Position numbers and translations under genes: made by a program. The notes beneath the pieces are model-generated. The model saw only the letters and a program-made list of their open reading frames with translations. It searched no databases and had not been told where the DNA came from. DNA of 64,000 bases, from IMG/VR virus record IMGVR_UViG_3300045988_042432; one strand, written 5' to 3'. How positions within the stretch are numbered: the first letter of the stretch is position 1; the number at the start of each line of letters is the position of its first letter. Below are positions 1-6,624 of this stretch, one piece after another. The stretch is from a virus.

Positions 1-399
1 GACGCTGAAACTGCGGAGAAATTCATCCGTTCTACCTTCACCGCTGAAGAAGGATATACAATCGACGATGATTTGAGTGAAGTATGTAACTACATTCAAG
101 AAGCTGAAATTGCTCCGGCATTTATGGCTGAAATCGTTGAATCAACCAAATCCAAACTTATCTTTACAGAAGAAACCCATGTAACATCGTTCCATATCAA
201 AGCTAGCGTTGAATCTTATCAACGTCAACTTGGACTTGCATCCAAGAAAGCTGTTGTGGAAACTCCGGCTGAAAGATTGGTAAATGCTCTCAAACTCGTT
301 CTGGGTACAGAGAAGCTTGAAGCAATCACTCAGATGTGTGAGTATCAGTGGGAACTCGACCGTAAGGACTATTCTACGGAGAAGAAAGACAACAAATAA
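1..399 (+). CDS. hypothetical protein, 5'-truncated by window edge
   Basis: Frame 1 is open from nt 1 to the TAA at 397-399. A hairpin terminator follows. Confidence 0.6.
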   Translation, partial: DAETAEKFIRSTFTAEEGYTIDDDLSEVCNYIQEAEIAPAFMAEIVESTKSKLIFTEETHVTSFHIKASVESYQRQLGLASKKAVVETPAERLVNALKLVLGTEKLEAITQMCEYQWELDRKDYSTEKKDNK

Positions 400-404
400 A
401 CCTT

Positions 405-437
405 GGAGGGCGAGAGCAATCTCGCTCTCCTTTTATT
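405..437 (+). terminator. rho-independent terminator
   Basis: 10-bp stem 405-414/421-430 (GGAGGGCGAG/CTCGCTCTCC, one G.U), 6-nt loop, then TTTTATT. Confidence 0.75.
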
Positions 438-446
438 AACAACTAA

Positions 447-665
447 ATGAAACATTTATTGATATTCCTATTAGTCTTATTAATGTCTGCAACTAAGGTG
501 GATAACACACCTAGAGACTTTCATGTAAGTATAGTAGGAGAAGAGAAAGTAGAACAATTTGAATCCAAATTCCCTCAAATAGTTAAGGACGAAGCCGTGT
601 ATATTGCATATCTTCAGCGATACTATAGAGGACATGAAGATGAATTTATCAATTTGATGAAGTAA
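447..665 (+). CDS. small hypothetical protein with N-terminal signal/anchor
   Basis: 72-aa ORF with hydrophobic N-terminus MKHLLIFLLVLLMSA. Confidence 0.55.
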   Translation: MKHLLIFLLVLLMSATKVDNTPRDFHVSIVGEEKVEQFESKFPQIVKDEAVYIAYLQRYYRGHEDEFINLMK

Positions 666-669
666 CAAT

Positions 670-751
670 GGGGTAGTGGCGTAACGGTAGCCGCGTTGGT
701 CTTAGGAACCAATGAGCTAAGCTCGTGTGAGTTCGAGTCTCACCTACCCTA
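670..751 (+). tRNA. tRNA-Leu(UAG), class II
   Basis: Hand-folded cloverleaf. Acceptor GGGGTAG/CTACCCT (G1.U72), anticodon stem TTGGT/ACCAA, loop CTTAGGA, long variable arm GAGC-TAA-GCTC, T arm GTGAG-TTCGAGT-CTCAC. Confidence 0.85.
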
Positions 752-782
752 CTAGATTATTAACTATTAAATGTATTTAATT

Positions 783-947
783 ATGGTAGAAACTTTAAGT
801 GAGCTGCTTGAAAATGCAGCTAACGTAGCAGAGGACAACGGTGGTAAGCTTTCAATAGCAAGCGCAGCAGTATTAATTGCTGAAGCTTACGAGTTAGGAA
901 TGGATAAAGCAACTAAATTACTGACAGAGGATGCCAACAATTGTTGA
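783..947 (+). CDS. small hypothetical protein (54 aa)
   Basis: ATG at 783, TGA at 945-947. Below the ORF-track size cutoff. It fills the gap between the tRNA and the next gene. Confidence 0.4.
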   Translation: MVETLSELLENAANVAEDNGGKLSIASAAVLIAEAYELGMDKATKLLTEDANNC

Positions 948-948
948 T

Positions 949-1389
949 ATGAGACCGCCAACTAACACTTTCAGACATGCAACTTTGATAGTAATATGGC
1001 TGGTGGTGTGCTTAGTAGGACTAGGAGGATGTAAATCTAACTTAGTTAAAGAAACCTGTATTGACAAACCTGTGTGGACTACAGTAGTTGCTAAGGACTG
1101 TTATACAGAAACAATTAATCAGCAGACGCATACTGTATATGAGCTTACACTAATAGCCGACGGTAGGGACAATCAGTTCAAACTACGTGTAGACAAACCA
1201 ACCTATGATAGAGCTTTTATTAATAACAAGCCTAATAGGCTTAGCTTTAATCTTAATAGAAGTGATTATGGGACTGGTTGGGAGCCATTAATTGTTGCAT
1301 TGTATTTCCTTATGCTTGTTGGTGGGCTAGCATGTGTGATAATTGAAGGTATAAAATACATGATTGATATTAAAGAACATTTATCATAG
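949..1389 (+). CDS. putative lipoprotein/membrane protein
   Basis: Lipobox-like LVGLGGC after a hydrophobic stretch, plus a C-terminal TM (LIVALYFLMLVGGLACVII). The ATG at 949 follows the upstream stop; the track start is 931. Confidence 0.6.
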   Translation: MRPPTNTFRHATLIVIWLVVCLVGLGGCKSNLVKETCIDKPVWTTVVAKDCYTETINQQTHTVYELTLIADGRDNQFKLRVDKPTYDRAFINNKPNRLSFNLNRSDYGTGWEPLIVALYFLMLVGGLACVIIEGIKYMIDIKEHLS

Positions 1390-1390
1390 T

Positions 1391-2215
1391 ATGGAGAAAT
1401 TGAGTGCAGATGCGTTACGTTTAGCCTTAGTAACAGCATCTATGGAGTACTATAAGAAGTACGTAGAAGGCAATCAAGACTTTGATAATTCCGAGCAAAT
1501 CAAAGAGGAGCTTGGTAAGTTAGAAGCAGCAGGTTTAGGTAGAACTAAGAATGCAGAAACTCTTAGGACTATTCTCGAGTCTAAGAAGTATAAGTCAGCT
1601 TTAGGTCCAGAGAAATTAGACCTGAAGAAGGTTAACGAAATAACATCCTGGATTAAAGAATCGTATCCTGATGCACTGGTTGTAACTTACGAGGATTTCT
1701 TTGCAATCCTGAAGAAGTACAATTTGTATTGTGGTCCAATATCGACCTTCAGCGGATTCATTCCAAATGAGAATGTGTCACAAATAGCAAAGGCTTCTAA
1801 CGCTTTGAACTCTTTAAATCTTAACTACGTCAGTTGGGTTGAAGCTGCGAGAATAGATTCAAGAATGTCTAAGGACATGACCAAACGGCTTGTTGAGTAT
1901 TTCTCTAGATTCCCATTTGTATTCAAAGGTATTGACCGTGGTTATCAGTACATGAGGTCTATAGGTGGAAGTTATAAGGAGGAAGATTACCTACATCTTG
2001 GCACCTCATATTTAGACCATAACACTTGGCTAATTGCAGCGCCTTATGATACTATGGAGAATAATATTCGCATAGAAATCTTCTCTAAAGCTGAAGAAGA
2101 CCGTAAAAGAAGGTTAGAAGACCCAATAGTATTTAGGGCTACCAAGATAGGTATTGTTATCGTGTCTATGTGGGGAGAAGAAGCATCAGACAGCATGTTC
2201 GATAAATACCGATAA
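1391..2215 (+). CDS. hypothetical protein, paralog family member 1 (C-terminal DPIVF...WGEE..D..F motif)
   Basis: ATG at 1391 directly after the upstream TAG. Shares several ordered motifs with ORFs 7604-8470 and 10487-11425. Confidence 0.7.
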   Translation: MEKLSADALRLALVTASMEYYKKYVEGNQDFDNSEQIKEELGKLEAAGLGRTKNAETLRTILESKKYKSALGPEKLDLKKVNEITSWIKESYPDALVVTYEDFFAILKKYNLYCGPISTFSGFIPNENVSQIAKASNALNSLNLNYVSWVEAARIDSRMSKDMTKRLVEYFSRFPFVFKGIDRGYQYMRSIGGSYKEEDYLHLGTSYLDHNTWLIAAPYDTMENNIRIEIFSKAEEDRKRRLEDPIVFRATKIGIVIVSMWGEEASDSMFDKYR

Positions 2216-2469
2216 ACATGTAATCCACCACTTAAATGTGAGCAGGTGTAGAAATGACTATAGGGCTATTTCAGTTTAGCAGACGTGCTATTCCATAGAT
2301 TAGCTGACGTCAATAATTGGTAAGGCAGCTCGCAGCCCTGCCAGGCGGATTATTCATATATAAGAACATAAGGAGACAAAGCCAGACTAGCCGGCAGTGA
2401 AGCAAACGGGAGGTATTAAGGTTGCATTGATGACAATGTAGACGCGATGAGCTTTATGTTCTTATTAAT
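2216..2469 (+). ncRNA. candidate structured RNA/leader upstream of tRNA-Met
   Basis: No ORF. Visibly more G+C-rich than neighbours. 14-bp stem 2360-2373/2452-2465 closes a 106-nt domain ending 4 nt before the tRNA. Hairpin GGCAG/CTGCC at 2324-2342. Confidence 0.3.
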
Positions 2470-2544
2470 GGCGAGATAGCTCAACTGGTTAGAGCGTGCG
2501 ACTCATAATCGCAAGGTTGGTGGTTCAAGCCCACTTCTCGCCAC
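2470..2544 (+). tRNA. tRNA-Met(CAU) elongator type (or Ile2 if lysidinylated)
   Basis: Acceptor GGCGAGA/TCTCGCC, D arm GCTC-AACTGGTTA-GAGC, anticodon stem TGCGA/TCGCA with loop CTCATAA, T arm GGTGG-TTCAAGC-CCACT. Confidence 0.85.
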
Positions 2545-2568
2545 ATTATTAATTAATACTTAAAGATT

Positions 2569-2964
2569 ATGTTTGTAAAATTTGTAAAAGATGATAAGGT
2601 AGTACAAGAGGTGTCAATCTCATCAGAAATGATTCCGTTTCCTACTGATACAGTAGTTCTAGAAGAAGGCAAATTTACTGTAGAGAGTAGAGAATATGAC
2701 ATTCTTGACGGAACTTGTACAGTTATTTTAGACCAACAAATTACTTGGACAGAGCATCCTCAAGAGTACAATAACGCAATGCTTGCTTATAAGAAGCGTT
2801 GGAATAACACAATTGATTTGTCATGTGAAGACTTCTTTAAGATGAAACAGTTTGTATCGACTGGTTCCAAACTGCAAGCAGTTAAGCATGTAAAAGAATC
2901 TGCTAAATGTGGTTTAAAAGAAGCTAAGGATTTTGTTGACACTTATTGCGATTACGTATTATGA
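2569..2964 (+). CDS. hypothetical protein with ribosomal L7/L12 C-terminal-domain-like segment
   Basis: C-terminus KLQAVKHVKESAKCGLKEAKDFVD resembles the L7/L12 segment [23 protein letters not shown]. Confidence 0.6.
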   Translation: MFVKFVKDDKVVQEVSISSEMIPFPTDTVVLEEGKFTVESREYDILDGTCTVILDQQITWTEHPQEYNNAMLAYKKRWNNTIDLSCEDFFKMKQFVSTGSKLQAVKHVKESAKCGLKEAKDFVDTYCDYVL

Positions 2965-3015
2965 GGTGGTTGTATCATATCCTAATTAATTGGATAGACT
3001 TAGTAAGAGATTGAT

Positions 3016-3192
3016 ATGGAAACAGCATTAATGATTACTGTAGTCATTGCATTTGTGGCTGCATTAATAGCTATGTTACTAACTATATGGGATTGTGACT
3101 TTAAATGGGTTAAGATATTCTTAAGTATAGCTGCTATAAGTACTATAGGAATGATAATTGTAGTTACAATCAAGGTCATGATGTCAGTATAA
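3016..3192 (+). CDS. small two-TM membrane protein (58 aa)
   Basis: ATG at 3016, TAA at 3190-3192. Two hydrophobic segments. Confidence 0.45.
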   Translation: METALMITVVIAFVAALIAMLLTIWDCDFKWVKIFLSIAAISTIGMIIVVTIKVMMSV

Positions 3193-3279
3193 GGGTATGG
3201 CTTGATGGCGAAATTGGTAGACGCCCCAGATGTTCACAAATTTTAACTTAACGAATTAGGTAGACTCAAAATTTAAGAT

Positions 3280-3287
3280 TATCTTTG
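3280..3287 (+). promoter_or_regulatory. Bacteroidota-type -7 box TATCTTTG
   Basis: Matches TAnnTTTG. The 16 nt TATCTTTGTGTATTAA are identical to the promoter of the second HNH gene at 36581. No clear -33 TTTG. Confidence 0.45.
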
Positions 3288-3305
3288 TGTATTAAATATA
3301 CAAGG

Positions 3306-3779
3306 ATGAGTAAACGAAAATGGACAGACGACCAATTCATTGAAGCAGTTAAGTCTAGCTTCTCTTATGCAGAAGTAATGAAGAAGATTGGACTTAAACC
3401 TGCTGGCAGTAACTATGATACTGTTAAGAGGAAGATTTGTGAATTACGCTTAGATACATCACACATGACTGGTAAGGTTTGGAATCAAGGCGAAAGGTAC
3501 AGACCTATAAAAGAAGCTCGACCACTAGAAGAAATTTTAGTAGAGCATTCTTCATATGTTAGTACACATCATCTTAAAGAAAGACTTTTAAAGGAGGGTG
3601 TAAAAGAACACAGATGCGAGTGTTGCGGTAATGCAGAGTGGATGGGAGAACCTATTGCACTTGAATTACACCACGTAAATGGTGTTAAAGATGACCTTAG
3701 AATAGAAAACTTGCAAATTCTTTGTCCTAATTGTCACGCTTTTACAGATAATTATCGTGGTAGAAACATAAGCAAATAG
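3306..3779 (+). CDS. HNH homing endonuclease
   Basis: CECCG...LELHHVNGVKDDLRIENLQILCPNCH HNH/Zn motif. Own promoter. Sits inside a tRNA gene. Confidence 0.85.
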   Translation: MSKRKWTDDQFIEAVKSSFSYAEVMKKIGLKPAGSNYDTVKRKICELRLDTSHMTGKVWNQGERYRPIKEARPLEEILVEHSSYVSTHHLKERLLKEGVKEHRCECCGNAEWMGEPIALELHHVNGVKDDLRIENLQILCPNCHAFTDNYRGRNISK

Positions 3780-3786
3780 TAATGAT

Positions 3787-3871
3787 GGCGCAGTGTCGGA
3801 ACTGGTATACGAAACGCACTTAAAATGCGTTGCCCTTTATGGGATTGAGGGTTCGATTCCCTTCTGCGTCA
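3787..3871 (+). tRNA. tRNA-Leu(UAA), class II
   Basis: Acceptor GGCGCAG/CTGCGTC, anticodon stem ACGCA/TGCGT with loop CTTAAAA, long variable arm, T arm GAGGG-TTCGATT-CCCTT. Confidence 0.85.
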
Positions 3872-3958
3872 CAAATGTATCTAAGCTCTGGTGTCCAGAA
3901 ATGGACGTGTGGGTTCGAATCCCACTCAAGCTACTAATAATTAAAGGAAGGAGGATTT

Positions 3959-4135
3959 ATGAAAGAACTATTAGAACAGCTAAAAGAACAGTTTGCAGGA
4001 AATGAAATTATGACTGCTGTTACTGATACAGTGGAGAAAGCATATAATATTGGATATTCTGAAGGTTTTGCTGCTGGTGAAGAAGCAATGAAGAATCTAA
4101 TTGACAAGTTAACATCACCTACAATATCTAATTAA
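3959..4135 (+). CDS. small hypothetical protein (58 aa)
   Basis: ATG at 3959 preceded by AAGGAAGGAGGA. TAA at 4133-4135. Confidence 0.5.
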   Translation: MKELLEQLKEQFAGNEIMTAVTDTVEKAYNIGYSEGFAAGEEAMKNLIDKLTSPTISN

Positions 4136-4136
4136 T

Positions 4137-4628
4137 ATGACTATAGAAGAGTTCCTGCGCAAAATAGTTGAGATTGATTTAACTCAAGCTCAACACGTGT
4201 TCCATGATTGGGATGCTGCTCTGGAGAATTATGCTATTAGGTATAAGAAACACGGTTCACCCAATGTAGTTAGGTTATTAAAGATTGCTAACTCATTGGG
4301 TGAACTTGTTGATTTATATAGGGGAGTAGTGCTAAGAAGATATCCAATGACTATAGCTTCGTTGAATAGTAAAACTGTCAGATATAATGAGTTGATATCT
4401 TACTATAACTACAAGAATGGGCAAGAGTTAACCTTGTTTGAAAGGATAAGTAATGGCTCTACCATGGAAGAGAGATTAAACTTTGTATATTTAATGTCTA
4501 AAGCCGATGCATTACAAGGAGAGACTATTGACCGAAGGAAAATCCTTCAGAACCTCAGAGAAGGGAAACTCTATGACTCCTCTAATCAAATCTGGCCAAG
4601 AGCATGTCTTGAGTCCTATAAATCTTAG
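4137..4628 (+). CDS. hypothetical protein
   Basis: 163-aa ORF. Its 3' end overlaps the next ORF by 122 nt. Confidence 0.6.
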   Translation: MTIEEFLRKIVEIDLTQAQHVFHDWDAALENYAIRYKKHGSPNVVRLLKIANSLGELVDLYRGVVLRRYPMTIASLNSKTVRYNELISYYNYKNGQELTLFERISNGSTMEERLNFVYLMSKADALQGETIDRRKILQNLREGKLYDSSNQIWPRACLESYKS

Positions 4629-4791
4629 CGATGTAGAGGTAGGTGATATAGTATTCTGCAAAGTTAAAGGTAGATACTATACTCACTTAGTCAAAGCTAA
4701 GGGAGACAGAGGAGTTCTTATAGGCAACAATCATGGTAAGATTAATGGGTGGACCAAATCCGTATTTGGTAAAGTAACTAAAATACTATAA
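4507..4791 (+). CDS. S24 (LexA/UmuD-like) peptidase-domain protein
   Basis: GNSMTP (Ser) and HLVKAKGD (Lys) fit the S24 Ser-Lys dyad context. The start must be upstream of the Ser, which favours the ATG at 4507. Confidence 0.55.
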   Translation: MHYKERLLTEGKSFRTSEKGNSMTPLIKSGQEHVLSPINLSDVEVGDIVFCKVKGRYYTHLVKAKGDRGVLIGNNHGKINGWTKSVFGKVTKIL

Positions 4792-4792
4792 C

Positions 4793-5986
4793 ATGAGTGA
4801 ACGAAGACTTAAACTTGGTCATAGGAAAGAGTATAAACGTAAAAGCAAGCATACTCGTAATCCAAGCTACTATCCTAGACACCTTACTAAAGTGACGCTA
4901 GCTGATTTTGATGCTGATTTCAATTTGAGAGTATCTAAAGAAGTGGCAGCGCAGAGAGGATATGGTAGAAAGGTATTAGACAAAAGTTGTCATATAGCTT
5001 GGGACCACGGTTATGGATACGTTAAAGAATCTAGGATTGTGAAATTCATAGCCAAGTATGTAGGTAAGCCTTATAAAGAGCTAGCCAAAGCCTGGAATGA
5101 GTGGATTAAGCCAATTAAGAATACTGACAAAACTAAATACCTAGACGACTACTTCACTGATTATAGGTGGAGACAGGCGTTCTTTAGAGTTGATGATAAT
5201 GGATTAGTACAATCTGTTGAGCAGACTCCTAGAGGTCGTCGATACAACATTAGTACTAAGCAATGGAAGGAGAACAGGAATCATGCTTTGCCCAAGTTTG
5301 GTAAGATTGCTAAACCTCATAAAGCAGCAGACTATTATGATTACTGTTATGGATTTGCCAATTCTAATCCTGACTCCAATGGAACAGACTCTGACTTTTA
5401 TAGACCGAGGTTGCTAGGTCATTATTGGTGTATGGTTAATGGTACTCCAGTTGAGTTGCCAGTATATCATGTGCGTGATGCTCGTGACTATATAAGGTGG
5501 TGGTTAGACGGCAAGCAAGGCAGACTTCCTGGGACTAGAGAAGTAGTTAAAGTCGATACGTACCAGCAACTCTTTAGACCTGGAACTCATGCTTATGAAC
5601 AAGCTGTTAAGTTTGATAACAACTGGGTTTATCTTCCGATTCCATGTAGCAAAGGAGGTTATATAGGTGAAACATCTAAGCATTTTATGCATTTAGAGAC
5701 GGAGCAGATTCCTAATCCTAGATATGCAGAAATTCAAAGTAGCTTAGATGCTCTTACTAAGAGTGTAGAAGATATAGAAGCAGGCATAACTGTTACATTT
5801 AGTGACGGAGTAACTCCTGTAACTATGGAGTATCTTACTAACGAAATTAACAATGCTCACTATCGTCTGTCTATAACATCTAGGTGTATAACAGTTAATC
5901 ACGGCTATGGGCAACTATATCCATTAGTAAAACGAATTGATTATGAAAGAACTATTCAAGAAATGACTAGAGAAACTAGCATGTAG
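4793..5986 (+). CDS. hypothetical protein (397 aa)
   Basis: Long ORF with a basic N-terminus. No motif recognised. Confidence 0.75.
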   Translation: MSERRLKLGHRKEYKRKSKHTRNPSYYPRHLTKVTLADFDADFNLRVSKEVAAQRGYGRKVLDKSCHIAWDHGYGYVKESRIVKFIAKYVGKPYKELAKAWNEWIKPIKNTDKTKYLDDYFTDYRWRQAFFRVDDNGLVQSVEQTPRGRRYNISTKQWKENRNHALPKFGKIAKPHKAADYYDYCYGFANSNPDSNGTDSDFYRPRLLGHYWCMVNGTPVELPVYHVRDARDYIRWWLDGKQGRLPGTREVVKVDTYQQLFRPGTHAYEQAVKFDNNWVYLPIPCSKGGYIGETSKHFMHLETEQIPNPRYAEIQSSLDALTKSVEDIEAGITVTFSDGVTPVTMEYLTNEINNAHYRLSITSRCITVNHGYGQLYPLVKRIDYERTIQEMTRETSM

Positions 5987-6253
5987 GCATGAATGGACTA
6001 TAATAGCAAAAACTAGCTATACTGATTGTAACAGATACTTACTAGTATGTTCCAAGTGTGGTAAGCTTAAAAGGAAACGAGTATAGACCAGGCTGGAACC
6101 TGGGTTAAATAAAGTCCAGCGATGACAACTAAAGCAGAGTTGAGCGTATGTAATAAGACGTGCAGTTTAGCGCTGACTGTGGGGTGGTTGCAGAACACCT
6201 CTTTAGGAATGACTATTAGTGTTTGACTATTAGTATTCTAACCACTGCTCCAT
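5987..6253 (+). ncRNA. candidate structured noncoding region upstream of the atypical tRNA
   Basis: No credible ORF. Hairpin CCAGG/CCTGG at about 6091-6105. 10-bp direct repeat GACTATTAGT at 6211-6220 and 6225-6234. Weak closing stem 6133-6137/6245-6249 ends 4 nt before the tRNA-like gene. Confidence 0.25.
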
Positions 6254-6336
6254 GCGGTTGTAGTGTAAAGGAGGGCACATCACTAATTTTAGTATGCGCA
6301 CAAGTGATAGATTGGGTTCGATTCCCGACAGCCGCT
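6254..6336 (+). tRNA. tRNA-like gene with 18-nt anticodon loop (identity undetermined)
   Basis: Acceptor GCGGTTG/CAGCCGC, D arm GTGT-AAAGGAGG-GCAC, T arm TTGGG-TTCGATT-CCCGA. The anticodon stem TCACT/AGTGA encloses AATTTTAGTATGCGCACA. Confidence 0.5.
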
Positions 6337-6368
6337 CACCCTGAACCCTGTAATTCTAATCCTATAAG

Positions 6369-6620
6369 ATGTTTGGAAAGAAACAATCAGCCGAACCGGC
6401 TAAAGTAACAAGTACCTCACTAGCCGAGGAATCAGCTAAGATTATTGATGTATTTGAGAAAGCTGTTACCAATCTTAAAGAGGTAGCATCTAGAGCTCAA
6501 GCAGAGAAAGAGGTTAGAGAACAAGAGATTATCGAATTACAAACTGAAGCTGCAAACCTTGAAGCAGTTTCTAACAAAGCAACAGCCATGGCCGAGAAGA
6601 TTGGTGGGTTGCTATCATAA
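6369..6620 (+). CDS. coiled-coil hypothetical protein
   Basis: 83-aa ORF rich in E/K/A heptad-like sequence. Confidence 0.6.
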   Translation: MFGKKQSAEPAKVTSTSLAEESAKIIDVFEKAVTNLKEVASRAQAEKEVREQEIIELQTEAANLEAVSNKATAMAEKIGGLLS

Positions 6621-6624
6621 CATT

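Larger units (their letters stand above)
3231..3886 (+). mobile_element. inserted cassette: promoter + HNH endonuclease + tRNA-Leu(UAA)
   Basis: Lies between the two anticodon-stem strands of the split tRNA. The 8-bp direct repeat TCACAAAT occurs at 3234-3241 and 3869-3876. Confidence 0.5.
3199..3933 (+). pseudogene. class-II (Leu-like) tRNA gene split in its anticodon loop by a ~650-bp insertion
   Basis: The 5' half (3199-3230) and 3' half (3887-3933) have complementary acceptor (GGCTTGA/TCAAGCT) and anticodon-stem (CCAGA/TCTGG) strands. The 3' half carries a variable arm GTCC-AGAAAT-GGAC and a T arm GTGGG-TTCGAAT-CCCAC. Confidence 0.6.

Noticed and set aside
752-782. HDV-like (theta-type) ribozymes immediately downstream of phage tRNAs. 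Checked after the tRNAs ending at 751, 2544, 12284 and 13351.
   Set aside because: The 3' flanks are short, AT-rich and lack the nested double-pseudoknot potential. Coding sequence resumes within 20-30 nt.
3231-3886. Interpretation of the tRNA-interrupting segment as a classical group I intron.
   Set aside because: Only about 75 nt precede the HNH ORF, and about 10 nt separate the embedded tRNA-Leu from the 3' tRNA half. That leaves no room for a P3-P9 core. No G precedes any junction that would restore a 7-nt anticodon loop. No splice combination yields U33.
3876-3891. Reading ATCTAAG as an anticodon loop with CUA (an amber-suppressor tRNA).
   Set aside because: It requires the stem CAGAT/CTCTG with a mismatch next to the loop and shifts the register of the variable arm. 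No in-frame TAG codons were seen in the well-supported genes that would call for a suppressor.
3793-4005. 70-aa + strand ORF from the track. Likewise 6223-6408 and the 13333 start of ORF 13333-13695.
   Set aside because: They run through hand-folded tRNA genes (3787-3871, the 3' tRNA half at 3887-3933, 6254-6336, 13278-13351). The tRNA structures explain the sequence better.
5982-6086. +1-frame continuation after the 397-aa gene, encoding a CxxC...CxxC tail (YTDCNRYLLVCSKCGKLKRKRV). Considered as a possible frameshift extension.
   Set aside because: There is no start codon in that frame and no obvious slippery site before the TAG at 5984-5986. A Cys pattern over 35 codons can arise by chance. 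Kept only as a note.
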